Under the pieces are notes generated by a model. That model saw only the letters and a program-made list of their open reading frames with translations, did no database searches and was not told where the DNA came from. 64,000 nucleotides of DNA from Chiloscyllium plagiosum (lineage: Eukaryota). This document shows, in pieces, positions 50,991 to 64,000 of this stretch (within the stretch, counting starts at the first letter, position 1; each line of letters starts with the position of its first letter). A program made the translations under genes and the position numbers. The stretch lies in contig NC_057719.1 in assembly GCF_004010195.1 (NCBI RefSeq), positions 22,944,618 to 23,008,617 on the forward strand, written 5' to 3'.

Positions 50991-51482
50991 CAATTTATTA
51001 ATAACACAGTGGTTTTAGCAGAGCAAAGTTAAACCACAAGATAATCAAAGTAATGCTGAAATTTTAAACGTAATCCTCTTTAATTCTAGCCCCCCACTCT
51101 CTCAGAAAGACAGACATACAAAGGTAAAGAGTGAAATTAAAGGGAAAAAATAAATGAGATGTAACTGGCCAATTCACTTCAGTAGTGTCTGCAATCCATA
51201 ATATCACATGCACATGGGGTTGTAGAGACTGCTTGGTTTCTGATGACACTGGTGCATGCTGATAGCTTCCAGCAAGCTCCACAGAATATTCATTTAGTTC
51301 TGAGTGAGACACCATTCTCTGAATTTTCAGCAAGTTGATGATGAGAGGTCAGACAAGGTTCTGTCCTGTAGCTTTCATAGACACAAGCCCTCTGACCCAA
51401 ACACAGTCTGAAAAACCAGTTCAAACTCTGCCAGACAGATGTGGATCCCCCCATGAGGTCCCAGTTTTTAAAATTTATCCCT

Positions 51483-51841
51483 TATTCACTCACAGGATGA
51501 GGGTGTCGCTGACTAAGCAGCATTTACTGCCCACTCCTAATTGCCCAGAGGGCAGTTAAGAGTCAACCACATTGCTGTGGGTCTGGAGTCACATGTAGTC
51601 CACACTGGCTAAGGAGGGCAGATTTCTTTCCCTAAAGGACATTGGTGAACTAGATGGGTTTTTCCAACAAAAAACAAATGGATTCACGGTCATCATTTGT
51701 CCCTGAATTTCAGATTTTAAAAAAAAACTGAATTCAAATTCCATCATCAGCCATGGCAGGATTTGAACATAGACCCCCAGAACATTACCTGGGTCCCTGG
51801 AATAACAATACAGCAATAATATCACTAGCCATCACCTCCCC
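51483..51841 (-). mobile_element. tRNA-derived SINE (30133 family)
   Basis: Reverse complement aligns with 30133-30482. Confidence 0.87.
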
Positions 51842-52027
51842 TCTGTTATCATTCAACCTCTGCCATGTTCTTGAGCATAATGCCTCTCCAGAAATGAAGC
51901 ATCTGTAGAGCAACTTTTACCAAGAAACAACCAACAATTAACTGTCAGTGCTTGCCCTCAAAAACAAAGAATAGTTTGTTGTTCTCTTTTTTCTTAAGTT
52001 ACTGTTTATTGTCCAAAGGTCACTTTT

Positions 52028-52742
52028 GAGACAATAAGACCATTAGACATAGGAGCGGAAATTAGGCTATTCAGCCCATCGAGTCTGCTCCGCCATTCAA
52101 TCATGGCTGTTAAGTTTCTCAACCCCATTCTCCCGCTTTCTCCCCATAATCCTTGATTCCCTTTGATATTCAAAAACCTATCTATCTCAGTCTCAAATAT
52201 ACTCCATGACCTGTCCTCTGTGGCAATGAATTCCGTAGATTCACCACTCTCTGGTTGAAGAAGTTTCTCCTTATATCTGTTATAAAAGGTCTTTCTTTTA
52301 CTCAAAGGCTGTGCTCTCGGGTCTTAGTCACTCCTACCAATGGAAACATCTTCCCAACATCTACTCTGTCCAGGCCATTCAGTATTCTGTATGTTTCAAT
52401 TAGATCCCCTCTCATCCTTCTAAATTCCATCGAGTGTAGACCCAGAATCCTCAATATTCCTCATATGTTAAGAATTTCATTTCTGGGACCATTCTTGTGG
52501 ACCTCCTCTGAACTCGCTCCAGGGCCAGCACATCCTGAGATATGAGACTGAAATCTGTGCACAATATTCTAAATGTGGTCTAACCAGAGCCTTATAGAGC
52601 CTCAGCAGTACATCCCTGCTTTTATATTCAAGTCCTCTCAAAATAAATGCCATCATTGCATTTGCTTTCTGAACCACTGACTGAACCTGCAAGTTTACCT
52701 GGAGAGAAGCCTGGACTAGAACTCTCAAGTCTCTTTGCACTT
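52028..52742 (-). mobile_element. CR1 3' fragment, related to the 32498-35954 element
   Basis: QRDLRVLVQASLQVNLQV..LYKALVRPHLEYC motif. Confidence 0.92.
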
Positions 52743-55700
52743 AGTTGATCTGTTTAAACAGACTGAAAGGAAAGCTAGTTTCATCATGGCACCTTTCACA
52801 AATTTACAGTCTTTTCCAAAATGATGAATTTTGTTCCTGTTGATTCCACATCTTTTATTGTAAGGTAACACGCCTGAGGTCCATCCAATCCAGTTCAGGT
52901 GGGGGTGACAGTGACGCAGCAATGGGAAGTTGGCTGCAGGGCCATTGAATTTTAATCTCCCATTTTGTCCAGTGTGAAAGATAGTGATACTCAGCTTGGC
53001 AACACCATTCCTTTAAATGTTGGTCAATCCTTAAACAACAAAACACGTGAATTCCACAGATTTCTGTGAGGTACCATCACCTATTTCCATTTTTAATTAG
53101 GTATTAAATATGTGTTGCCACAACTAATAAGCAGTAATGCCAACAAATTACAAATCAGCAGTTTCTTGTTTTACACCATCTTCAGACTCCAAAAAGATAC
53201 AATGAAGGCTTTAGTTAAGAGTCTATACTCTCAGGGGTAACATTGATCCTTCTCTTTTCAAATGGGTAGAAATACCTGCTACTCGGGCTGTGTGTACTGA
53301 ATTATCCAGGTGATTGTTTAGTGGATTATCCAGGAGGAATGCAAGCCCTTAATGGAGATAACTAATTTTTGCATTTAAATTACTGGACTATAAATGAATT
53401 TGGCACCGTCCCGGCTCTATGCCCCACTCCATCTTACTATCTTGTGTTCAATGAGTCCAATTAATCTAATACTCCATGAACATGTCAAGGAAAATTGGGT
53501 TCCATTAAGTGTTTTTGATACATTTGTGTTTTTCAGACCAGGGCAACACATTGGTCTCCATGGTGATGTTAGAAGGCAGGTCTTGATATGTAAACATGCA
53601 TGGGGAGACAATATATATATATTGTCTTCAACTCCCCTGAACACACAGTTAAAATCACACTATTCATTTTGGGAAGGAGCAGCTAACATTCTTTCAGTTA
53701 GAATTAATCCATTATCCATATTTTGAAGCAGAGACAGCATGATAGAAGCTCCAAACCCCACAGGCCCAACAAGCAGAAGAAGAATGGACATTGCTCAATG
53801 CAATCTGCACAGACATGGTCAATTGCAGCTCCATAAGTGGAAGATGAGCAACAACAATCCTCGACCTCGGTTCACATGTTATCTAATCACCCAATGAGAT
53901 CTGCTGTAGGAGGTTTATCACTTTTCCACTTGACATGTCAGGAGGACATCAAGCAGAAAACCAAAAGAAACATCCCATTATTTGTTTTCTGTTTCATAAA
54001 AAGTAGCAACATGAGTTTAGAAGATTTTACTTGCAAACTTTAAACAGAATTTACAACCTTACAGATGTATGTATTCAAGTGGAACAGTTGTAGAGTATAG
54101 AATGTTGATCACCAAAGAGGGTTCAGGGTTAAATTGCATGAATGTTTGAGAATGTCAGAGCTAATATAATGTGCCGTTATATTAGACAAAGGTACTGCAT
54201 TATTAAACAGATGGAACAGAAATCAAAAGAGGCTATGTTTTTGTGTAATGGATTTGTCAGACATTTAGGATTATGCCACTTGATGCCCATTTTCCATTCA
54301 ATAAGGTGGGCAGAGAACATAATCGTGTTATGAGCCAAATTATGAACTACTTGCCAAATTAGATCTGGCTGCCCTGCTGTGTAAGTGCAAGGATGCGTGC
54401 GAGAAATATCGAGAAGATGAACAAAATGTCTAAATTAGAATAATATGAATAATATTATTCAAATTCAGACCCAATACTTGACAATATTAGAAGTGAATAG
54501 GACCAATACCTCCCTTAGGGTGTTCATGTGTAATAACACCTCCTGGTGTCAGATAACAGCTATTACAACCTGTTCTTCAAGTTCTGAGAAGCCAGCTGAT
54601 TTGTTTGATATTCCTTCCTCTTCAGCTGACATGAGACTCTCTCTGTAGTGGACACTCACTAACTCCCAAGTTGAGTGAGTGTCCTTGTCCTGGAAAGCCC
54701 AGCCAACCTCCTGGCTCTGTATAAATCAGGAGGACTGTCTCTAAGGAAAACTTCTTGAAAAGCTTCTTGAATGAAGAATAAAAAATAGGGACACCATGAA
54801 ACTATTCTGCATAAACAGTAAGCGATCAATTTCTGTTAAAAAAAAGTTAGGTCATCATCTTTTTTTTTGTCAACGAAAGAATGCAAAACCCAAGAGTTAA
54901 TTCGAGAAATGTATCACTTTAAGGTTGTTAAAGTAAATGCTATAAGAGCACGAACCTTTCAGTAAATTTGTTTCTGGGCAAGAAAATGAAAGAAATCAGT
55001 AATAATCCTCAATAAATGAGCACAGGATACTGAGCTTGCTGAGGTGATTCAAAGAGGTCGATTCATCGAAGTATAAAGCAAAATATACTAGCTGACACCA
55101 GTAGCATTAAATCACATAGCCTGGGAAACAGAAGCCATGACATTCATTTTACTATTCCAAATAGAATTAAATCATTCACCTTTGAGCTTCTACTGCAATG
55201 ACCTTGTCCTGCTTCCTGTGCAGAAGTGCAATCATAATTGTGCATGTAAATAGCCCAGATACATCCCTCATACTGACACAATTATTCTAAGATTGTACAT
55301 AACATGTCAAGCCTGGTTTTCTGGAAAAAAATAACATTTCACGGGAGTCAGCATGTTTTCTCAAGGCATCTCTTTCTGGAAACGATTATCCTGTTAGCTC
55401 AATAGAAATTCTGGGTACTACTAGAGTATTGCAAGCTGTGCACCACCCATGAGAATTTATATAAATTAATACAATTCCTCATTCATGGTTAAAATGAATT
55501 CAATTGCAGGGTGGTTCAATTGCCTAGAGGTATTTTGATAATATACAGAAAGCGAGACAGAGTCAGCAGGAAACATATACTCATTGCTTTAAGACTATTG
55601 ATTTAGAATCAATGGGACAGATGCAACACTTGGTTAAATGCAATGTTTATAGGAGCCATACTTCACATGAGGTACTCCTAAGCCTCTTTAACCCATTGGG

Positions 55701-56764
55701 AGCTTAAGTGCATTTGCCTTCGTTGAAAGAATTGAGAAACAGAAACCCAATGACAAACATTTGTATTTTGTACAGAGAGTTGAATCAAGAGGACAAATAA
55801 CTTATTGGATGAAGTTTAAAGATGCTGTAGGGGTTAACTAGAGTGAAATCCAAAGAAAGGGTAGAACAGAAGTGATTTATGGTTCAATAAAATAATTAAC
55901 TTGCCTGTAATTTTTCAAAATTTACAAATAACATAATAAGGATTACACTTCAATCCAAAAAACTTTGCCAGTGACCCCAATACGTTGAACCCGTATTAGA
56001 AAATCTTTTGTGTTAATTGTAATTTTTACATATATTTCATTTATGATTGACAAGTGAGATCTTAGTTACTGTGCAATTCCATATCAACTTTGTAGATCAA
56101 AGATCAGACTTCCATTAGGGTAATCATTTCCCTTTCTGCATTTGCCAGGCTTATTTTTATGATAACTAGACAGAGTTTGCAATTTTAGTCTGACCAAGGA
56201 TAAAAGTGATCCTGTGACTTACGTTAACAATAAGTCAGTCAGTCTGAATTAAAGACACCTGCAAGCAAACAGAAAAAAGCCCCACTTTTGCTGCAGCCTG
56301 TAAACTATTGGAGCTAGATTTAGAGTGCTGCACATGAATTTAAAACTGCAACCTTTGCCTCTCATTTGATTCGTCGACCAGTGATGTTTAGACAAGGAAG
56401 GAATTGAAGACAGGGGCAAAACATTCAGATGAGAGAAACTTAAACATACTTTGAAACCCATATGTTATTAGCTTCTGAGGTAGTTAGGCATGAAATCTAA
56501 ATGGCTTGTAGGCCTGAATTACATCCAGCAACATAAATTTACAACCAGTTTATTCTACAAAAGAAGGTATTGATTCCGTTGCTTTAAATGTGGCTGCAAT
56601 ATGCTGACATTGTTCTCATGCTTCTAACACAAGTTTAAACTCAAACAGCTTCAAAACATGATATGCATTCTAAATTTAATTGAAAATCTTCACTAAGTTG
56701 CTACGATCTGTAAGCCTTCTGAATTTGTCTACCATATACTACAAATACATTTGTACATTTAGGG

Positions 56765-56930
56765 ACATGAGAATACAGGAAGAGGAGTAAGCCATTTAGC
56801 CCCTCGAGCCTGTACCACCATTAATGTCATCATGGCTGCCTTGTGATGTTACTCATACCTTTGTTATGCCATACCTTTGGTTAGCAAATAAAACATCATT
56901 CTCAGTTTTAAAATTAGTAATTGATCTAGC
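56765..56930 (-). mobile_element. CR1 3' tail
   Basis: ggaagaggagtaagccatttagcccctcgagcctg. Confidence 0.65.
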
Positions 56931-58399
56931 ATCCTATTTCATCATCCAATCAGTAAAAATCAGAATCACATGCATATTGAGTTTCTAACATAAAATTTTA
57001 GATTTTTTTCAGTAAATTTTCAATTCTGATTATTTTAAAGTTAAACTTAAAAAGAAACGGCTGAAAGTTGAAAGAACCCATATGTGAAATAATGCTGGGA
57101 TTCAGAAAAGGTTGCATTGTAAGAGGCACTCAACGACAATAATTTTTTCCCTTGTATCAGGTGGCCATCTCAAACAGCCCAAATCAGACTTTGAAACAAA
57201 ATTCATCATATGCTGACCTACAACTTTTCAATTTAGACATAAAATCCATAGATATAAATCACTTTGAAGGCCTATTATACCTTAAGTAACCCTCAATATG
57301 ATGTACAATTCAAATGAATGTTGTGCATATGTGACTTGCATGGAGTTAGACATTACACAACTGTCATTAGATAATGGTTATCCTTTCCAATACAATGATT
57401 CTGTGTGAGTTAAGAAATGAAACCCTTGCATTCAGGATCCAAAACTACCTTGAGATTTGAATATCTACACATTCTGGTGCAATTTACTGTTCAAAATGGA
57501 ACCTTTAATAGTTCTTTCTGAAAATACTCGGTGACTGTAATTGCACAGAAATCTCTATTTTTTTGTGACAGAAATACTTACACAGTGCAATAAGCTGAAA
57601 ATCTCTCTTAACACACAGCAAGAGGTTATTGATTTTAGAAAAGTTCATCTTGTGCACAATTAATGAGACATTGCTTAAAATCAATAGCCTAAAGGCTTTA
57701 CCTATACAGACACTTCTTATTCAATTTAAATTTCATCTCCTTATGCATATGGTTTTGCATCTGTTGATATTCTGCTTTTAAAAATTACCAACATCATGCA
57801 TATATAAGCAGTGTAGAATGCATTCTAATCATGCATGTTACAACAGGATAAAAGCTTTTCATTTGCAGTTTAGAACACTGTTAGGTAGCTTTCAAGCAGA
57901 AGGTTGTAACTGATGGGCATCTTCCATCTGATTTGCCTGCAGCACAATGCCATTACCTTTTGAAAGGTATATAAAACAATGTTGATCATTTTCCTGAGGC
58001 TTTCCTATGTTACAACAGTGAGAACATTTGAAAATTTGCTGCAAAGTGCTGTGGCATATCCTAACTTTATGAAAAGGAGTAACATAATACACTATATAAA
58101 TCCAACTTCTTTATTTGTTTCTTTTAGCATACAAAGCTGGCCTTAGATTCTGTCAGGTAATGTCCAGATTGAAATCAACAGTTTCTTTCTAATCTCTGGT
58201 ATTCCATCTCTGAACATCTATCATTCTCCACATTTCTCTCTTCCTTGAAATTCGTCTCTGTCCATAAGAATTTGCTCACCACTCTTTCCACAATCTTTAA
58301 TGATAACTTTAGTTATGTTTTAACAAAGTGCTTTAAATACTTTTCCTCATTAAAACTAGCATTGCCAGATAATTGTTTTTGTTCCTTTCGTATTCATCT

Positions 58400-58746
58400 T
58401 CAAGGCTGGAGCGGTGTCGGCAACGTCGGTGGCATGGACCAGAAATCCTGATGGCGGTGGTGATGGCCGGAGCCTGGGCTCTTCATGGTGGTCAACCCAG
58501 AACCCTGGATTCTTGGCAGTGTCAGCAGGGCAGTGCCAGCAGCAGAGATGGAGTCTCTTGGGATGTTGCTGTTCTCCTTAAGGACTCGAACATCTTGCAG
58601 AGACATTGCAGAAACCCTGAAGCAGTGCTTGAGACCCCAATTTGAATGGAAGATGAGCTCCTATTTAAGTAATTTCCTTTTATTGTAACTCAAAATGGCA
58701 CCTGATTTTCACTGCACCTTTGAGGTATATGTGACAATAAATAAAT
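58400..58746 (+). mobile_element. Non-autonomous retroelement with a Rex1-like tail
   Basis: GC-rich body ending aaaatggcacctgattttcactgcacctttgaggtatatgtgacaataaataaat. Confidence 0.45.
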
Positions 58747-58811
58747 AGATCATTCCTTCATAATATCAGCAGGAAAATCACTAGACATGTACCAACAATT
58801 CTGAATAAGAA

Positions 58812-59265
58812 AAAGGCTTTGTATTTATATAGCCATTTTCCCAACCTTGTGACGTCCAAATGCACTATACACCTAAAGAAGAGCATTTAAAGTACTATTT
58901 ACTGTTGTAATGTAAAAGGACCCACGGCAAAATCGTGCCCAGCATGATCATACAAATTACAATGTGATCAGAGACAAATAACATTTTCTTTTACTCCAGT
59001 GGAATCATTGGGGAATAAACACTGGCCAGAACAGAACACCCCTTCTTCTCTTCAAATAGTACAACAGAATCCTTTATGTCCACCTGAAAGGACAGACAGA
59101 GTATCAATTTCTAAATTTTTCCATGTGAAATGGCATTTCTGACAGGCGGCACTCCCTCAGTATCGCACCAGAATGTTAACATTAATTTGGTGCTCAAGTT
59201 TTGGAAGTGAGTCTTGAACCAAATATCTTCTTAAGCAAAGGCAAAGATGAACCATTGAGTGACCG
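58812..59265 (-). mobile_element. Deu-domain SINE, near full length, old
   Basis: Reverse complement has a tRNA-like head (ggttcaagactcacttcca), gatactgagggagtgccgc and tail ggctatataaatacaaag. Homologous to 10205-10640. Confidence 0.72.
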
Positions 59266-59954
59266 TTAGCCATTGTTAAATCCCTGTCTCTCCCACTGCA
59301 ACTGGTTACTTTTCTCACATAAAAGGTGCCATTGGTCATCATTGTCGAATAACTATCTTCAGGACACATCCTAAATGTGACCCTTTCATGTAGATTGGGA
59401 AATGAGATGTTATGATTAAATTTTTTGCTCTTATAGTTCACCATGAGGGATATACATTTCACATTTAGGTATCATATTGGCAGATTGTTTAAGTGTTTTA
59501 TTGTTTAAAACACAGGTTTAAGATTGTTTAAGGCCACTTTATAATAGAATGTTAATGACCGTATATGTGGTGGCATCTACAAATTGGAAATATATTGACT
59601 TCAATATTTCCACGGAGATGCAGTGAAAGAGTAGAGATAGGGTCTGATGACACTCAGAAACCTGGACGCCTGCAAACTTTTCATGCAGCACATTCATTGC
59701 CCCATTTTTAACAAGTTTGTCATCCCTTCAAGGAAAATACATGATGAGGGCCCACATGCCACGATTTCAACTCCAGTATAAAAGACCCAATGCATCCTGC
59801 GATTTGGAGGAGGTTGGAGTTTGCGGCAATGAAGAAAACAGTCTCTGTATGAAGTCAAGGCTTTGAAAGGTGATGCAGCACTTGATGTGCTGATGGAGTC
59901 ATTGAGAGGTAAAATGGTGGCCATGTTCCCCAGATGGAACAAAACATGAAAATA

Positions 59955-60368
59955 AAAGAAACATATGAACAAGAAACAAGAGTAGACCTCTCAGCCCTTC
60001 AAGCCTGCTCTGCCAGTCAATAAAATCATGGTTGATCCGATTTAAACTCAACTCTACATTCATGCATATCATCAGTAATCTTTCCTTCTCTTCATAACCA
60101 AGAATCTATGTATTTCTACATTAAAAATATTTAAAGATTCTGCTTTTTGAGGAAGGCAACGTCAAAAAGTCACAATCCTTGGAGAGATTATTTTCTCATC
60201 TTTGTCTTATATAGGTGCTCCCTTATTTTTAAACTTTGACCCCAATTCTCCTAAAGAGGGAGCATCCTTTCCATAGCTACCCAGTCAAGTCCCCGCGGGA
60301 TTTTACATGTTTTAATAATGTTACCTCTAACTCTTCTAAACCCCAGAGGATATAGGCCCAGCCTGCCC
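59955..60368 (-). mobile_element. CR1 3' fragment
   Basis: Tail acatatgaacaagaaacaagagtagacc; rc LYPLGFRRVRGNI motif. Confidence 0.8.
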
Positions 60369-60369
60369 A

Positions 60370-63300
60370 GCCCCTACTGCAGTGCAGAAATAAGTGTTTT
60401 GCTAATTCCTGAAGAAGGTACAGATGGAGGTGGCATAGTAGCTGACCAGTAGGAGGCGAGTGACACACTAATTCATTCAATGTAAGAAACACTTTAATAA
60501 ACTAGTCAGGTCATGAAAGATGAATGCAGTTGCACAGTTACCTACTCCTGTTATCCAATCCCTCAACTTCCTTCATACAATATACAGCAGCATTTCTCTC
60601 CTCACAACTATTCACTTTTCAGGCCATGTGCAATTCTATGCAATTCCTTAAAGTTCTAATTATCCATTCTTTACTTTGAGGCAATTCCACAAATTCCCAG
60701 CTCCCCATCCACTATGTCAACTTATTCTCACCTTAAGCCATTTCATGGTTCTTCTTTATATCCACCTTCACCAAATTAATTCCATCTTCAGGTGAACAAA
60801 TACCACTGTATGCATTTATAAGTCAATGCTCCTAAACACAGTCAAGGAGAGCACAAAATGCAAGGTTGAGAGATTGAGAACAAGAAGAGTTAGAGGAGAA
60901 GGCTCTGGTGATCAGTATAGTTTAGAAATCAGGAGATGAAGCTCCCAGCTACAATTAAATATCAGCCACCTAAATATCATAAGGCTCTCAGTCATGTTGG
61001 TTTGATCAACATTATAATGATAATTGCATTGTTCTACTCAGATCATTTGTATCTTTTTTCTGGTACTTGGGGCTCCGGCTCAAGTACTCACACTTCAGAG
61101 GGCCCTTATGGACCAATAGTTGAGTTCTCGCCAGATCGCTGGAAGGATACTCCCCTCTCTGAGCTCTGACAAGTTGGATTCAGGTGATGATTGATGAAAA
61201 GTAGAATCATTGAGAACCTGCAGACCATATGTGATTCACTGACTAGTCTCTGCACCCTGCTGTCCAGCAGTGCACAGGGAATGGAAGAGCCCAGTTCAAG
61301 CATAATTGTTTTGACATCGGAAGCCATTCAGATGATGGCTTCTTCCATGGATAGGGTTCCAATGACCATGGAGCACTAATACTGCATGGTCATGGTGACT
61401 CTGGATTGGCAATATGTCACTTATGAGTGACTAATGTCTGGCCACTCTGATTTGCACTATTCTCCAGCAGGATTGAAAGATGGAAGCACAACTAGGAGAG
61501 GCTTGAATTGCAAAAAGAGACACAGAATTGGAAACTCCACTCCAAGCACTTTCACATCTGAGTAAGTCTGCCCTAGTCCAGTCACTAGCTCACATGCTGC
61601 CTCATTTTTTGAGGGCTGCGTAACAAATTCAGTCTGAGCAATCTTTGTCAGGGTTCACAATGTCTCCAGTGTTGAAAGGCTGTTGGTCAAGAGCATTTCA
61701 GCACCAAATTGATGATCTGAGCGACTAGCCTCTACTTCAAGCCACATGTTTTTTTGTGACATAAACATTACTAGAAAAATAAGACAACAGTGTTGTATTT
61801 GCATAAGGGTATGCACAAAGGTATTTGAGAAACTGTGGTATTGTTAAGTTTCAGTTGTTTAATAAGACCATGTAAATATTATTTTGCCATAACACTATTA
61901 TGCCATACCCATTCTTGCTGCTGCATGGAGATTTGCATTTAAGTTCAACTTTTAGCTCCACAGTGGGGAGACATGAATTGATAGCAACCAACACAGGGAT
62001 ACAGAAAGAGTGGTTTGTTTACAGGGCTACTGGGGATGGACCAAGGGACTGCTGGTGGGAAGACTGGTCACATTTGCTTGTGATATAGGGGCAACCTCAA
62101 TGAATCTTGAGTAAATAGAGGCATCATACATACCTCAAACAATGATGTGAGCAGCTGATGACCATTCTGCTAACCACAGCCTTCTCCTTGTGTTTCTCCA
62201 GTGTCTCTTGCATCGATGAATTGTTAGAGGAGGATTTGAGCTCTTCAATGTGCTGGCCCTGCAGCTTTGCCACTGCTCGAAGTTGTAAATAATACAGGAT
62301 TCTAGAAAGGAGACTGTAGTATAAGTTAATGGTTCTGAGGGGATTCATGTTCACATTGCATTGGATCCACCCATTCTATTGATATCACACATAGTCTCTG
62401 ATGACCCTAGCTTTAGGAGGGAGCAGATGGATCTGTAAGAGCACTCCAAAACTCCCTGTAATTATGCTTGTCCAAATGTAACTTTGCTAATTGGTAAAAT
62501 GCAGCAAACCTTCCTGTTCTCTCAGAACAGTCCCTCTCCTATAGATAGTCTATGGTGATTTATCATTATTCACCACTTAAGCCTGAAACAATGTAAAGTC
62601 AAAGGAAGTTTGGTGGCAATGAGCTATCTGAAACAACCTTTACTCTGCCCCATACACTGGTACAGGTGGAAAATAGTACAGTGTACCAGAAATAGTCACC
62701 TAAGAATGCCACAGGGGCCCTGGCTGTAATGCACTGACTCAGTCTCAGTGAACATAAAGTCGTTAAACTGCCCTCAGTACATTGATGGATTGCATCATCG
62801 CATATCTGGCATGAATATTGTGCTTCAATAGTTGGAGACTTGGATGACTCAGTTTGCAGTGGGGTCCCAGCGTGCAATGGATATCCCTTGTTTTTAAGCA
62901 GCCACTGCTAATATACTGGAGTTGAAGCTGTCAAGCTGAAACAGCATGGCAGCTTCCCAGGAACCATATTAATGATGTGGAAGTACTCATCAGTGGCAAA
63001 TGCTCTTGATTGTGCTGAAGAAGCTCTGATTGCTAAATGGACATAGTCAATATTAGTGTGCAAGATAAAATCAAATTTACATTCCCTATGACTAGCATCA
63101 TTATTGACAATAAGTACCAGCCCTAGCAAACAAGACTTCTTTTTAATATATGTGGTCTCTGAGTGGGAAATTCTCAATGTGCCTGCAGCACAACCCTGGA
63201 AGGGTAAGGAGGCAAAAAGCGATGAAAGTGGTTGAAACTTTGGCAACCAATGGTAACACATGAACACTTGGTCCAATAGCCAGTAAATCTCCTTTGAAGA

Positions 63301-63470
63301 GGCTTCAAATGTCAGTCACCTCCTCATGTGACATTCTGAAGAATTACTCTTCTGATATAAATCGCATCCTGGTAGTGCCTCCTGTGAGCTGTACCTCTCA
63401 ACTATTTCCCTCTCGGCTGGTCCCCTCCTGTGCAATTCTGGTGCTGCTGCTGTCAATGTTCATTTTACTC
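60370..63470. mobile_element. Fossil PIF/Harbinger DNA transposon (Myb/SANT gene +, transposase -)
   Basis: Plus strand IQCKKHFNKLVRS (~60475-60513). Minus strand FA..FQG.AG..ISHS, IDYVHLAIRA, YFHIINM, FLGSCHA and WLLKNKGYPL...TPLQ resemble HARBI1/DDE_Tnp_4 motifs. Confidence 0.68.
62600..63300 (-). pseudogene. Harbinger (HARBI1-like) transposase remnant
   Basis: Motif order is preserved across ORFs 62908-63276 and 62599-62877. Catalytic aspartates are partly lost. Confidence 0.7.
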
Positions 63471-64000
63471 TTTACTTGATATCCCAATTAAGACAACCAG
63501 AGTGCCACCAATACTAAAATGAGAGAATAAATTTACAGCAAAGTTTCTATGAATATCCTTTCTCAAGTTGAAAAAGCAGCTGTGACTATGGAGTACATAT
63601 GTCCACATTTCCACTCGATGTATTGACCTCTCTCAATTTGCATTGTGCTTTCAGCATGCTTTCACTGGAATTCAGGAAACACGTGGGCTGACATTAAACT
63701 CAAAAATCTGTGTAAATACCACTCGAATTGACCAATTAACATATGGAAATTGACAACCTGCCTGAGCCAAGGGGGTTGCTCATTTGCAATGTGAGAATGA
63801 ATGTGGAAGTTGACAGTTTCAAGCTGGTTTCCTGACATGCTTCAATTTCCCTGGATTTAACCCTTCTTGTGAAAATTCCACAGTCTCACTATAAGTTCCT
63901 TTCCCTATGTTTTATGTGTCTTGTTCTGTGTTTATAACTTAGTTATCTCATCAGCATACAAAGCATGCTGGAATTTAATAGTATATTTTATAGCTTTTTA

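Noticed and set aside
54745..54775. Heat-shock-element-like TTCnnGAA repeats
   Set aside because: The spacing between units does not fit the contiguous nGAAn array, and there is no promoter context.
1..64000. CRISPR array, prokaryotic operon or endogenous virus
   Set aside because: No regularly spaced repeat-spacer array, no long intact ORFs, and no viral hallmark motifs seen.

Overview
This is a eukaryotic, repeat-dense window with no intact protein-coding gene, rRNA, tRNA or CRISPR array, consistent with intergenic DNA or a very large intron. The repeat families recognised by eye point to a cartilaginous fish (shark); this is inferred, not verified by search. They include HE1-type V-SINEs, HER1/CR1 LINEs, Deu-domain SINEs, Penelope-like elements (PLEs) and PIF/Harbinger fossils. 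Almost all supplied ORFs are transposon debris or chance frames. Five observations stand out. (1) Minimal hammerhead-ribozyme (HHR) motifs (CUGANGA-stem II-GAAA-palindromic stem III) occur in 4-5 distinct PLE-associated families. (2) Six 90-130 bp insertions bounded by target-site duplications (TSDs) all begin within a few nt of the hammerhead 5' edge. (3) A perfect 74-bp-arm hairpin (48229-48380) lies inside an old, decayed LINE. (4) Several PLE insertions and one SINE insertion have inverted termini. (5) A fossil two-gene Harbinger element is present, with two further Myb/SANT remnants. Boundaries of old repeats are approximate (about 10-50 bp).
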